Assembly (NCBI GenBank): GCA_951406725.2
Contig: OX597814.1
Coordinates: 53,506,001 to 53,570,000 of the forward strand
Source: Octopus vulgaris
Taxonomy: Eukaryota
Reading direction: 5' to 3'
DNA: 64,000 nt
The notes under the pieces were generated by a model. It ran no database searches, had not been told where the DNA came from, and worked only from the letters and a program-made list of their open reading frames with translations. The stretch's first letter is position 1, and every line of letters begins with the position of its first letter. The position numbers and the translations under genes are program-made. Of this stretch, positions 27,556 through 41,363 are shown piece by piece.

Positions 27556-27620
27556 CAGCCAGCCAGCCAGCCAGTCAGCCAGCCAGCCAGCCAGACAGAC
27601 AGAAAGACAGACAGACAGAC

Positions 27621-27719
<99 letters not shown>

Positions 27720-27750
27720 CAGACAAATTGATAGATAGGTGGACAAACAA

Positions 27751-27822
<72 letters not shown>

Positions 27823-27953
27823 AGAGACGGAGGGAGAGGGAGACATGTATAAAATACGTATGGTAGAATAAATTTTCCAAAAAGTATACTAACATAATCA
27901 TATAATGAAGGATGAAAGGGAAAGCATACAAAGAAAGCAAGAATATGAAATCA

Positions 27954-28001
<48 letters not shown>

Positions 28002-28005
28002 AAAA

Positions 28006-28057
<52 letters not shown>

Positions 28058-28260
28058 AGGAAAGAAAGATCAGGAGAAAGAAATAATTTAATGGAAACGG
28101 AGTAAGAAACCGTAAGCAAATTAAAGAAATAAGGAAAGAATGAAAGAAAAAATGAAAGAAATACAAAAGTAGATCAAAGAAGAATAAAAGGAAGGAACGA
28201 ACGAACGAAGGGAGGGACGGAGGGAGGAAGGAAGGACGAAAGGAAGGAAGGAAGGAAACA
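27556..28260. repeat. (AGCC)/(AGAC)/(AGAT)n and (AAAG)/(AAGG)n microsatellite cluster
   Basis: Seen directly. Confidence 0.95.
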
Positions 28261-28580
28261 TTCAGACAAACAGACAAATGGAAGACAAAGACCAATACGA
28301 CGGATTGAAAAGCAGCACTGAAGCCAAAATGTTGGCAAGCTTTCAAATTAGAAATAATTTGTCATGATTAATACGTGATATACTTCATAACAATTCAAGA
28401 ATAGGATAAATAGCCATGTAATATTTTAGATCTACCGACGTCATATGTGGCTTTTCATAATTAATATCGTCATTTTGTATTGGCTGTTCTAGAAAGAAAA
28501 ATGTAGAAAGAAAAATGTACCCCACTTCCATCACCCCTCCACACTTTCCTGTCACGTGCAATACGATTACACCTACATAT

Positions 28581-28807
28581 CTATTTCGTTACTACCCACA
28601 AGGGGCTAAACACAGAGATGACAAACAAGGACAGACAAACGGATTAAGTCGATTACATCGACCCCAGTGCGTAACTGGTACTTATTTAATCGACCCCGAA
28701 AGGATGAAAGGCAAAGTCGACCTCGGCGGAATTTGAACTCAGAACGTAACGGCAGACGAAATACTGCTAAGCATTTCGCCCGGCGTGCTAACGTTTCTGC
28801 CAGCTCG
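28581..28807 (-). mobile_element. Young SINE family A
   Basis: Near-identical reverse complement of 34683-34905. Confidence 0.93.
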
Positions 28808-30310
28808 TATCATCACACACGCACCTCCCCTCTACCCATGTCTGTTCAAGGAAATCCCTCATACACATGCACACACCACACCGTGCGCCCTCCTCTCTTT
28901 CTAACTCCTCCAAAAGAACTGCATTTCCACCTGTTCCCTAATCCCATTTCTGTTTTCTTTCAACCACTTTTCTCATTCTTATTTTTCCGATCTTTCATTT
29001 TTCTGTCTTTCTTCTGGTGAAGGACTAGCATCAGGAACATCAAGACGCAGTCCCTTCTTGTTAAGAGTTAAACTAATGTAGTATTTGTTAAAACTTTCCC
29101 CGTGTTATTTATTTTCTGTGCTCATTACCTTCACATATATATCCATATGAATATTAAATTTGTAAACAGCCACAGCTATATTCCTTTACAATTGTGGAAG
29201 ACTTGATGTTCGGTTTTTCTATAAGACAGTTGCAATGCAAGCTTGTTGCAAATGTGCCAGCTTTTCAAATGGGCTCTAGTTTCACTTGAAAGTCAATTCC
29301 TATGTGTTTAAGAGAGCTATCCGAATCTCTTGTCTCTTTGCTCTGGAATATCAATTGAAAGCCGAATTCTCTTTAGATGAGAGAGCTGGGTCGGTTTTCT
29401 ACATTTTCGTTCTGAAGTTTCAGTGACAAGCCGACCCTCTATGTATGATAGAGCCTGATCAATCTGTTCTGTCTGGCAGAATCAGATTCCTTTATCTTTG
29501 CTGAAGCTTATGTGCAGACATTTGGTTGAATGTTTTAGACCGATTATTCTTGAATCAGTTTATTGGTTGCATACATTTTCGAGCATCCCATATTCTAGTA
29601 GCACAAGTATGGCTCCCCTCGTACCCATTTTAAGATAAAGTAAAAATGTAATGCAACCAAGATCATGTAGATATAAAACAGCAGGGAAAACAATTCTACC
29701 GTTTGTTTTACTTTCGTTATTGAATACTTCTCAGTAAATCAAAATTTCATATATTGTAAAGAATGTAAGTAATTCCTATCATATTCCTCACATTGATTAG
29801 ATAGTGACGCATACCCACAATTTTATGGTTCCTGTTATACGAGAATATATAAACAATGCAGAATATATGCGGAAAAATTGCGATAAAAACTCTGCGTAAA
29901 TTTATATTTAACTCTAGATATGACCAATTACTTTGTTATTTTAAAACTGCTCCAAATATATATGACGGAGAAATTACGATAAAATCTCAATGTAAAAATT
30001 TATACTCAACTCTAAGGCGAGGATGTGTTGTTTTAATTTATCAGGTGCGGCTAAGAATTATTTTTGTGTGATTATAGTTTATAACATTGAATTATTTAGT
30101 GCTTATTGATTTGCTCCTCCATAATATAACATTAAGTCGATTCATTGTAAATGACAGTTAGGGTACTAAACTAAAATGTCTTTCATTTGTTTAAAATTAT
30201 TATTGCTGTAATAATATTGTCGTGTTTAAAATTATCATAGCTAAAACATTATTTGTGTTGATATCATACATCAAGTGAATAATTTTTATTATTTTATTCA
30301 TATCACCATA

Positions 30311-30890
30311 AGGCGGCGAACTACCAAATTGTTAGGAGCTTCGAGAAAAAGCTTCTTTGCGATAACCGATCTGGATCTTTTTAAATTCCATGTTGAGATA
30401 CAACGGATATTAGCTTGACTGCCATCCTTTCAAAGTCAATAAAATCAAGTATCGGAGCCATTGTTATCCACTATTCCCCTAAAACCATTACCCTATCATA
30501 CATCAAAACAGTAAACTGATAAAATCGTTAGTGTGTGTGTATGTGGGGTGGGGGTGATTACCTTGTAATATTTCCTCAGGCTCTTTACGTTCTAAGTTCA
30601 AATCTTACTGAGGACAACTTTGCCGTTCGTCGTTTCTAGGTCGTTTAAATAAGAAACCATTATTTTATCACATGTTTAAGCAGCGAGCTGGCAGAATCGA
30701 TAGCACACCGGACAAAATGCTTAGTGGCATTTCTTCCGACTCATTACAACCTGAATTCAAATGCCGCCGAAGTCAACTTTACCTTTCATCCTTAGGGTTC
30801 GATAAAATAAGTACCAGTTGAGTTCTGGGATTTATGTACTTGACTAGCCCCACCCACAACATTTCAAATTTTATGCTTATAGTAGTTAGA
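30311..30890 (+). mobile_element. Cluster of three SINE family A copies of differing decay
   Basis: Heads at ~30311 (aggcggcgaactacc), ~30520 and ~30679 (agcagcgagctggcagaatcg). Confidence 0.7.
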
Positions 30891-31295
30891 ATTATTTTAT
30901 CTCACTATGGCAGCTCTCTGTAGTCCCTAGATCAGCTAGAAATAAACGGTCTGATACAACCGCACTCTTCATATTAAATAACACAGAAGCTATCAACAAC
31001 AATGCCATAATAATTTAACAGCAGCGGAAATATGAACTACAAATAAAAATAACACAGAAATTCATTCTAAATTTCTCCCAAAATAATACCTGTCACAAAC
31101 AACGACACGTGCAACAACGGAAAGAAATCAACAACAACAACAAAAGTACAAAAATAATTCAACAAAACACAAAAAGTAATTATTTGATTGCACCCGTTAA
31201 ATCAAAAGACGTGCTTCATTGAAGCGTATTTAAGCAATTCTTTTACATTCGTAATAAAATATTCGACAATATGGAGGATCACTTAACACTAATTA

Positions 31296-33367
31296 CACAG
31301 GTCTGCGAACTGGAACATTTTGCTTTTTGATGTTACTTTATGTTACTTTATATATTTTTATGGTGTTAATTCGAAATATCAAAAAAGCTCTTTCCCATTA
31401 TCTAAGGTTTTCTCACAATTTAAAATATACCATAAAATATACAATAATGTGTAGGTCGGACAAAATGAAACTAATAAAAATTAATGTCACACATTATTTA
31501 GCAAAATAAAATACCACAAATGTAATTGAAAGGTGAGTACATAGATTTTTACAAGAGTTCCATCCCTTTTTTTAGGTTCAGCACCTCAACATCTGTTCTT
31601 TTTCACTTGCAAACTACGCCGGGAACCCTAACGCCTGCGATTATTTGCTCGACATTCACGATGTAACATCCAGTAGTAGTCGGCCATCATATTGACATTC
31701 CATCTTCCCTAATATCTTGTATCCATCATGATGACACCTTTCAATCTATTCCCCACTCACACCCACCATATTTCCCAGAAAGAAATCCAAATGGGAAGGT
31801 AGAAAATTATACATTAATGCTTATTTTGCATTCTAAGGCCTCGAACTTTGCCAGCATCCTTTCCATTATATCATTGTAGTTTAGATCCTTGTGATTACCC
31901 AAGACACATTTTTCAAAACTAAACCATATATCTTTTTTTGAGAACCACTAAGAAAGTTTTCAAAATTTTCATCCATGACGAGTTACCTTATATCTGGTCC
32001 TATAAGTCCTATAAATACATCCTCTTCAACTTTGGAGTGTTATAGAGCTGGAAACATGCTGTGCAAATACTCGAAACTTTTTCCATTCTGTTTCAAAGCT
32101 TTTAGAATTACTTCATGCGGCCAGTCTTATATGTTTTCGGATCAGCCAAACATCCTCGAAGGAAATTCTTTGTTCTTGGTGTAAGTGTACCCTTACATGG
32201 CCATTCTTTTTTAGATCAACGGAAGTTCTTGTCTCTATTATCCCACTCATACAAGAAACAAGGAAACTTTCTGTAACCTGACTGCTGTCCAAGCAACATG
32301 CAAATTATTTTCAAGTTGCTGCAGATCATCAACTTGTGTTCTTTGAATTTAATCTCGTGTAAAAGTGACTCCAAGTTTTCATGTTTCCATCACTGAGAGC
32401 CAACAGAAATGGAAGTATATTTATACCATTATGCAGTGGAACAGCTTCAAGATTTCTCTTTCAAGAGTCAATAAAGAGTCTCTATTCATCAGAGCCGTAA
32501 TTAATACCAAACTTTCGTATTAATCCTGATGGATATGTATAATAAATCAAATTTTATTAAGCGAAATAAGGAACAAATTCTTTTTCATGGTTACGATACC
32601 AATTGAATGATGCACGAGGAGCTAAAAGATTCATGGATTTAAGTCTGAAAACCTAAAACCTTTGCTGATCCCTTTGCAAGCCCTTAGTTTCTCACTAGAT
32701 CATTTGATTCGCTGGTTGAATTGTTGAGGTTCTCCGCCTTCACTACTATTGAAGTCTTCATCATCATTGCTATTTCTACCTTCTGACTCAGAACTCAAGT
32801 GTATGTCTTGAAGGTTTTCTGGTGGTGATGGGCCTGGAACATCTGATTCATGGGCAACAGGTAGTAAGTAATGCAGATGGGCGATTTGGATAAACATGTT
32901 TTTCCCACTCTTGGAATTCGCACCTTACACGAGAAAAAGTAGCAGTCATCACTGTGATTTTTACACTTTCTTCATATCATTATATATATATATATATAAA
33001 AGGCATGAGGGAATAACTAAAAATAATTTTTTAATAATATGGTTTAACATAAGAAACGTGACCTTGTAAAGTGTGTCTTTCTCTCCCCATTACTTGCGGG
33101 TAACTGAAGTTACAGTGATGCGTAACTAAGCGGTCTAAACACTGCCAGATGCTTACTTTTCAAAATTACACCTATTACTTATACTGTTATAGTCTGTTCA
33201 AATATGGCAATGAATAGTAATGATAAAAGACAATGGTTATATTCAGACATAATGGTAAAATGAAATGATCGATAATGTGAAAAAGCTATACGTGATAGGA
33301 TAATTTTCCTTGTAATTTTTGAAATCAACAGGTCAAAATTGAACAATTTTTCGTTCGCAGACCTGTG
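31296..33367 (-). mobile_element. Chapaev3-like (CMC superfamily) DNA transposon, internally deleted, dead transposase
   Basis: Perfect 15-bp TIR CACAGGTCTGCGAAC (31296-31310; 33353-33367), flanks tta/ata. Minus-strand motifs NHSDDCYF, NLKIICMLLGQQSGYRKFPCFLYEWD, SHLDFFLGNM..SGE*IERCHH and RY*GRWNVNMMADYYWML. Confidence 0.85.
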
Positions 33368-33639
33368 ATATTATGTTTATAGAAAGGACTTTAAGGGATA
33401 TTTTATTACTGTGTGATGTACATTAGTACCGTAATTAATTTTTGTAATGATATAATAAAGGTAATATTAATTGGATTTTCGTAATAATTTGCATCCTGTA
33501 AGTAGCATTCCTCTAGGTGTTATACTTTCAGGTCAATCGAAAGTGACAAAGAAGTGAAAAGGTTTTAAAACAGAGACTGGAAGTAAACATCGCAATAAAT
33601 CAGATTTAGAGATGTCGTTGACAACCGATAAAACACCAA

Positions 33640-34230
33640 ATTTTAGGCCTTGTGCAATTAAACAAAAGATTTAATGGGCACGGATATGACGTCAGGTTCA
33701 ATAACAATTGTTCGGCAGAACTTGCCGAATATTTTGTTTCAAATGGCTGCAAGTCTGAAAAAGACTTGAAACTGCATATTCTCAGAAAATATTCTGAATC
33801 TGCTTTCCTTTCAGTGCTCAAAATACACGAGGATAAAAATATTTGCGGGTTATTAACATCACACCCTTGAGGAGTGAATAAAATGGCAGGAGAATATCAT
33901 CAAATTTACGCAAAACTGTTTGACTGAATATTCTTCTTTTTCATTTCCTTTTTTCTTTCCTTTTTTTTTTTTTGCTTTCTCTTCTCGTATTTTTTCTGTC
34001 TTTTTCTTTTCGCCAGTTATAAAATTGAAATTTAAAGACTGATGATGTCATTCCATCAACATGTGGACGCTGGTTACTCCGTTCATACTTTAGATTTGAA
34101 TTTTTGAATTTTTTACTTTTTATTTTGAACTCAACAAAGACAGACTTGCTGTCGAAATATCGTCCAACCAATAAAATATCTATTACAATCGCATCGCGCT
34201 CTTCATCTTGTCTGTGTACCTTTGTAAAGA
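33640..34230 (+). mobile_element. Penelope-like 3' fragment (GIY-YIG C-terminus plus terminal repeat region)
   Basis: QLNKRFNGHGYD..ELAEYF..DLKLHIL..HEDKNICGLLTSHP*GVNK. Downstream gacag-acttg-ctgtc-gaaa is a hammerhead stem II-like remnant at ~34139-34157. Confidence 0.7.
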
Positions 34231-34280
34231 GTTATGTCGATCCTTTTAAAATATTATTATTAATATTATTATTATTATTT

Positions 34281-34492
34281 GAAGGCAGCAAGCTGGCAGA
34301 CTCGTTAGCATACTGGACGAAATGCTTAGCGATATTTCGTTCGTCGCTACGTTCTGAGTTCAAAATCTGCCGGGGTCGATTTTGCCTTTCATCCTTTCTG
34401 ACTCGATAAATTAAGTACCAGTGAAATATTGGGGTCGATATAAACCACTTATCCTTTCCTCAAAATGGCTGCCCTTGTGGGAAAATTTGAAA
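34281..34492 (+). mobile_element. SINE family A
   Basis: aaggcagcaagctggcagactcg..gggtcgattttgcctttcatcc. Confidence 0.88.
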
Positions 34493-34494
34493 GC

Positions 34495-34583
34495 AGTCCC
34501 TGAATAAGGGTTGTTTTAAGGATGATGAACAAAACACCCATGTTTCTAGAGGTTAATTATTCAAACCCCAAGGAATTCCTCTC

Positions 34584-34665
<82 letters not shown>

Positions 34666-35117
34666 TTTGGCTATAATGCTCCTGGCAGACACGTTAGCAC
34701 GCCGGGCGAAATGCTTAGCGGTATTTCGTCTGCCGTTACGTTCTGAGTTCAAATTCCGCCGAGGTCGACTTTGCCTTTCATCCTTTCGGGGTCGATAAAT
34801 TAAGTACCAGTTTCACACTGGGGTCGATGTAATCGACTTAATCCCTTTGTCTGTCCTTGTTTGTCCCCTCTGTGTTTAGCCCCTTGTGGGTAGTAAACAA
34901 ATAAATATAATGCTCCCCCACTACTTCTGCTCGTGATCAAAGATGCACATATCGTCAGCCACTATGGGACATGCTCAGCTGGTTAAGGTCAAACAACTGA
35001 CAAGCAAATCTGTGGTATTGACCAGAATATTTGCTGTAGCCCATCTTTTATACTAAGACAAAACAATGAAACACTCGCAATTAGTTAAGATCAAAAGCCG
35101 TGAGAGCCACTGCCTGG
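34495..35117 (-). mobile_element. Fragment of the non-autonomous element family seen at 49236-49731, split by a microsatellite and a SINE
   Basis: ttcaaaccccaaggaattcctctcaacaca..atgctcccccactacttctgctcgtgatca..aatctgtggtattga is the reverse complement of 49450-49617. Confidence 0.8.
34683..34905 (+). mobile_element. Young SINE family A with an 11-bp TSD
   Basis: TSD tataatgctcc at 34672-34682 and 34906-34916. Confidence 0.95.
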
Positions 35118-35446
35118 TTGCCCGTCGCTACGTTCTGAGTTCAAATTCCACCGAGGTCGACTTTGCCTTTCATCGTTTCGGGGTCGATAAATTAAGTACC
35201 AGTTGCGTACTTGGATCGATCCAATCGACTTGACCCTACCCCCAAAATTTTGGACATTGTGCCTGGAGTAGAAAAGATCAAAACCTATGAGAGCCACTGC
35301 CTGGTAGCTCGTCGCTACGTTCTGAGTTTAAATTCCGCCGAGGTCGACTTTGCTTTTCATCGTTTTGGGGTCGATAAACCAAGTACCAGTTGAGTACTGG
35401 GGTCGAATATCCCCCTCCTCCAAAGTTCAGGCCTATAGTAGAAAGG

Positions 35447-35530
<84 letters not shown>

Positions 35531-35752
35531 TGCGGAGTTCGACGAGTGTGTTTTTGAAGGCTCTAAGTCCTCGTTATATTCATTATTTACACCTGTCTAC
35601 GTTCTGAGTTCAAATTCTAGCGTAGTCGACTTTGCCTTTCATTCTTCCGAGGTCGATAAAATAAGTACCAGTTAAGCACTGGGATCGATGTAATTGACTT
35701 ACTCCCTTCCCTGAAATTTCTGTCCTTGTGCAAAAAAAATTTGAAATCAATA
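35118..35752 (+). mobile_element. Three 5'-truncated SINE family A copies and an (ATT)n tract (35447-35529)
   Basis: ctacgttctgagtt(c/t)aaattc..gtcgactttgc recurs at ~35128, ~35315 and ~35597. Confidence 0.85.
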
Positions 35753-36199
35753 TATTTATGTTTGGGCTGGAGAGAATGTACGTGTATCTCTTTCGTTGAT
35801 CACTATCAGTTAGATTACTTACAAAACCGGAGGACTTAATTGAAGCGCATGTGATGTTTGTTTCGACCGAGTTGCACAGAAACCTGGTATCACTGTAACC
35901 ATCGTAAGGAACGTGTAACAGTGATTGGCGGCCCGATAATAATTGGTTAACAAGGAAGCTTTTCTTCACACTATACGATGCAATATATAAATACTATAAC
36001 CTCCCCATCATCACCACCACCAAATTGATATTATCCTTCTTCTGAATAAACTGCTTCATAGTGAGATGCATGCGTGCACACACACCTATACACACATGCA
36101 CTTATATATGTATGGTGTATGTGAAAACTAAATATTCACATATACACACCAACACACACACGTGTATATACTCACATAAACATATGGTGTATACGTCAT

Positions 36200-36203
36200 A
36201 TAA

Positions 36204-36251
<48 letters not shown>

Positions 36252-36424
36252 TGTGTGATAAAACTGTTCAGCATACGTATATTTATGAACAAATGAATGT
36301 TTCAAATTATGTTGGCAGATAATATTATATATGTAAATGCGTATACATGTATTCATCCTATTTCCCACTCTCTCTATCTCTGTCTCCCTCTCTCTCTCTC
36401 TCCCACACTTTCATTCTTTCTCTC

Positions 36425-36463
<39 letters not shown>

Positions 36464-36548
36464 AGACACACATGCGCGTACACGTGCAGACACATGTAGT
36501 TGTATATATAATAGCACATTTGCATATAGATGTATACTTATGCATAAG

Positions 36549-36601
<53 letters not shown>

Positions 36602-36650
36602 TTACCTGTGCTTATATAGACACACACACATATACATACATATACACACA

Positions 36651-36697
<47 letters not shown>

Positions 36698-36715
36698 AGC
36701 ATATATATATATTAA

Positions 36716-36766
<51 letters not shown>

Positions 36767-36780
36767 CACGTACATGTATA
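36200..36780. repeat. (GT)/(CT)/(AT)/(AC) dinucleotide microsatellite cluster
   Basis: Seen directly. Confidence 0.9.
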
Positions 36781-37274
36781 TAAAACAAAAACGCAAACAT
36801 ATATTTGAAAAGTAAACATTAAACAGAATCGTTGTACATGTGCTGGTTCTTGCGTGTGTATATAAACGTGTCTATATTAGTATGTGCATGAGCATGTGTG
36901 CGTACGTGTGAATTCGTCTGTGTTGAGAACATATCTATAATGTAATCTTTCCAGTATTTAAATTTTATGAATTCATGTTTATTTCATAGCTACCACTGCC
37001 GCCACCGTCATCGTTACCACCACCACCACCACCACTTTCAACAACATCAATAGCAATAACATTTCTATGTTCTCACCAAGACTGTTATACACATAAATAT
37101 ATCTAATTTTGGCGTGAGGCCAAAAATTTGAGGGAGAGAGGGAACTGATTACATTATCAGCTCTTGACAGATACTTGTTTTATCGGTCTCGAAAGGATGA
37201 AAGGCAAAGTCGGTCTCGGTGCTATTTGAACTCAAAACGTAAAGCCGGAAGCAATGCGGTTATATATGTATAGA

Positions 37275-37678
37275 GGTGGCTGTGTAGTAAGAACCTTGCT
37301 CCCCAACCACATGGTTCTGGGTTCAGTCCCACTGCGTAGCATCTTGAGTAAGTAGTTTCTTCTATAGCCTCGTGCTGATCAAAGCCTTGTGAGTAGATTT
37401 GGTAGACGGAAACTGAAAAGAAGCCCGTTGTATATTTACATATATGTATATATGTTTGTGTGTGTCTTTGTGTCTGTGTTTGTACCCCCAACCACCATCA
37501 CTTGTCAACCGGTGTCAGTGTGATTGTGTCCCCGTAACTTAGCGGTTCGACAAAAGAGACCGATAGAATAAATACCATATATTTTTTTTAAAAGTACTGT
37601 GGTCGATTTATTCGACTAAAAATTGTAGGTAGTGCTCCAGCATGCTACAATCTAGTGACTGAAACAAGTAAAAGATAA
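37275..37678 (+). mobile_element. Near full-length SINE family B (tRNA head, CORE-like segment), back-to-back with a minus SINE-A at ~37105-37260
   Basis: gtggctgtgtagtaag (A-box), gggttcagtccc (B-box), gcatcttgagtaagt, tail gaaacaagtaaaagata. Confidence 0.88.
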
Positions 37679-37679
37679 C

Positions 37680-37741
<62 letters not shown>

Positions 37742-38524
37742 CAAAAATTTAGATTCAGATGAATATGGTACTTGAGTTGAGGCACCAGAATTTAGTATGG
37801 TATTATCCATGCAATTTAAAATAAGATGATTATAATAAAAAAAACACAAGGATATCCAGAGGTAATGTATTACGATCGTTTAATGCGACTCCATTTAATT
37901 GAACAATGCAAACATTACATCACTTTAAAATGTAGAGCAAACTTCAGCTGCACCAAAAACATAGAATTTAATTAAATTTGAAGGACACAGTAGTATAAGA
38001 GGATAAGGAGATAGACAAAGAGCATGTTTTAACTGAATGTTTTTCAAAAGAATGACACTGCTTTTCACTGATTATTTCTGTTATTTAGATTTAATAACGG
38101 TGGGCCTCAGTTTTAATCTTATAGACTAGTTCGTCAAATCTGAGAGAAGATAGAGGGTAGTATCAGTTTGGGGTGGGGTAGAGTAGATAGACAATCTGAA
38201 TGGCATAGCCATAACTCAAGATTTATTTGAAGCAATGCCATTTGGTTTAGTAAGTGTATACTTCAAACAAGATGTTAGCTGCTATTATAGTAGTCAATTG
38301 TAGTACTATATGATAATAACTTCCCCTGTCCCATTAGCGTTGGTCTGCTTAATATATATATATATAAAGTCAGGGTACAATATGTACCTGTTTGCTTGAA
38401 AGAAGAGTTAAAACTCTCCAAAACCACGTATCTCTCGCTATATGTAAACACGCACGGAGAATGTAGCAAATACATTTAGAAAAACGGTCGGTCAAGTTTG
38501 TAAAACTACAAATAGGAGAATAGA

Positions 38525-38590
38525 TACTCCAGTATCAATTGATTTCGCTTTCTGTGCTGAATTGACACTTAAAGCTCATCAGTTAGGCTT
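38525..38590 (-). ncRNA. Type I hammerhead ribozyme-like motif (Penelope-associated)
   Basis: The minus strand reads CUGAUGA-GCUUU..AAAGC-GAAA-UCAAUUGA-UA, with an intact core, a 5-bp stem II, a palindromic stem III and a weak stem I. Confidence 0.55.
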
Positions 38591-38621
38591 GCTAAGTAAA
38601 CTATTTATATATATATATATA

Positions 38622-38795
38622 GGTTTCAAATTTTGGCTCAAAGGACAGCAATTTCGGGGGCAGGAAAAAGTCGATTACATAGACCCCAGTGTTCAATAGG
38701 TACTTATTTTCTCGACCCCGAAAGGATGAAAACTAAAGTCGATCTCGGCGGTATTTGAAATCAGAACGTAAAGCCAGAAGAAATACCGTTATGCC
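38622..38795 (-). mobile_element. SINE family A
   Basis: gtcgattacatagaccccagtg..tcgaccccgaaaggatgaaa..tcagaacgtaa. Confidence 0.85.
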
Positions 38796-39384
38796 TAGAT
38801 ATTGTAACCTTAAAAAGGCGGCTCAAAACTGCTAAGAATAGTAACTATATCTCCCTCAAAGCACATCATGCTGGCTTTGAATATGAAAAGACGCGTTGGT
38901 TAGAACAACTATCTTTATCTTTACTATAACAACATCGGCGTAGTCACTACAACGACTTTGATCTTAAATCTGCGCGGTCGGGGTTTACTTGGGATTAAAC
39001 AACAACAGCAAAAGCAATAGCAACCACAACAGCAACAATAGCAGCAACAGCAACAACGACAACAATTACAATAACACGTAACCCAACAGTAAATTCACAG
39101 TTTGTAAATATTTCTCTATCATACCCAGAATTCAATTCAAAAATGAAAGAAAAAGTGGCTTTTCACATCGGTTGACAGAAAGCGTGTGCAGTTCAGTGCA
39201 CACACATTTCCAATGCAGAAAATGTGCATCTTAATTCCACTTCAGCATTATATGACTCATCACAATTTTCCGGGTGCTGCAATATTCAAAGAATTTACGA
39301 AATTCAGTATATAAACGCAATATTTATATTTGATTTCTTTTTCAAATCTACATACTTTCAATTTATGCATGCATATATGTAAAT

Positions 39385-39838
39385 ATGTATGTATGTATGT
39401 ATGTATGTATGTGTGTGTATGTATGTATGTATGTATGTATGTATGTATGTATGTATGTATGTATGTATGTATGTATGTATGTACTTACGTACGTATCTAT
39501 GTATGTATATATGTATGTATGTATGCATGTATGTGTGTGTGTATGTATGTATGTATGTAATACAGGAGAGTTTGCAATTTGTGAATTTGTTGCGAGGTTT
39601 CTGCTACTGTTATTTGTTGTTGTTGTTTTTGTTGTTGTTGTTGTTGTTATTATTGTTGTTGTTGTTGCCATCGTCGTCGTTGTCTTTGATGTTGCTATAG
39701 TTGTGCTTTATCTCAGAGTCAGATTAAACAAGAAAATCTAGGATCAAAGACGTTGCAGCCGAAAAGAATATGCAATCTTAATTTTTAGTACTGATATAGA
39801 TGTACGCATGTATGTTTGTATGTGTGTATGCATTATGC

Positions 39839-39920
<82 letters not shown>

Positions 39921-39942
39921 CATACATACATACATACATACA

Positions 39943-39972
<30 letters not shown>
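39385..39972. repeat. (ATGT)n, (GTT)n, (AT)n and (ACAT)n microsatellites
   Basis: Seen directly. Confidence 0.93.
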
Positions 39973-39974
<2 letters not shown>

Positions 39975-40133
39975 AGAGCCATGACTACTAGGTGGATATC
40001 CATTATGCTAGAAGTAGACCGCCTATGGTCTTACCACTAAGGAAAGATTGTTCTCAAGAAAATTTAGCAATAGGGGGTCTACTTCTAGCATAATGGATGT
40101 CCACTTAGTGGTCATCCTTCTTATATGTATGTA
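39962..40133. mobile_element. Short palindromic MITE-like element
   Basis: atgactactaggtggatatccattatgctagaagtagacc versus ggtctacttctagcataatggatgtccacttagtggtcat (inverted, few mismatches). Confidence 0.8.
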
Positions 40134-40244
40134 ATATAATTTTTCTGAATCTTCAGATTTTTCTATGAGCTAGATCACTGGTTTTAAATTGATATTGATC
40201 AAATTAAAATTCAATTTTTCACCCTTATTATTTTAAATTTTATA

Positions 40245-40356
<112 letters not shown>

Positions 40357-40384
40357 ATATATATATATTGTATATACACATATC

Positions 40385-40635
40385 AGGCGTAACTGTGTGT
40401 TAAGAGTCACATAGTTCCGGGTTCAGTCCCACTGAGTGGTATCTTTGTGTTTGTGTTCGTCCCTACCATCGCTTGATACTTGTCATTGATTTGTTTACGT
40501 CTCCGTAACTTAGCGGTTCGGTTTAAGAAGCCGATCGCAACAGACTTTGAAAAGAATAAATACTGGGACCGTGTCATTCGACTACAACTCTTCGATGTTG
40601 TGCCCCAGCATGACTGCAGTCTAATGACTGAAACT
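40385..40635 (+). mobile_element. SINE family B with an internal deletion
   Basis: ccgggttcagtcccactg joined to tgtgtttgtgttcgtccc..ccgtaacttagcggttcgg. Confidence 0.8.
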
Positions 40636-41363
40636 GCATCTCCACTCTCTCCCTCTCTTTTGCATGCTCTATCACTCTGTGTAATATTCTTGTCACCACT
40701 ATTATGTCGTGATGGTAATCCGTGTCTTATTATCTTTGACTCGTCTATCATCTTATTGCTGATAGCTCTGCAAACCAATGACTTGAAAGGTGTCTCTTGA
40801 CGGTAACTCGAACTCGTATATAATACGTAACTGACACTGACTCCAACTGAGACCTCGTACAACGACTCTACTACTACTAACCTCCTGCAACGACTAAATT
40901 TAACTTTATAGTGGCTGTTTCATACCACTTTGTCACGTAGGAAGGGGAGTTCCATTCTCATTACAACAGTAGGACATCTTTTGGGCGATTACTGATAATA
41001 TCTTTCATGTCTTCCATAAATATTGTATACAATCAATACTTTCGGTCGCAACTTGGAAGTTGAAGGCTCTGCAATAGCTTTTGTTTAACTCATAGTTTTG
41101 GATTATAGATGCAAAGCCTTTGATGTGTGAAGTGATCTAACTGGTCACGAGTCCTTAGGAGATTACATTTCCTGTTGATATTCGTATCGTTCTCAAGTTC
41201 CAGGAATACATATCCATCCATTACCTTTGTTTGTATGCAAACTCTTTACTCTACATGTCTTTCTTCAAGTACAATCACCAAGCAGTTTTGAAGTCATATG
41301 AAATATCAGTATTTCTCATAAAATTAATGTACCTTGTAGACCGTAATATCTATGAAGTGAATT

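Noticed and set aside
40860-41345. Possible old LINE RT remnants here, at 1500-2060 and at 29200-29560 (minus strand)
   Set aside because: Only vague motif resemblance; these cannot be classified by eye.
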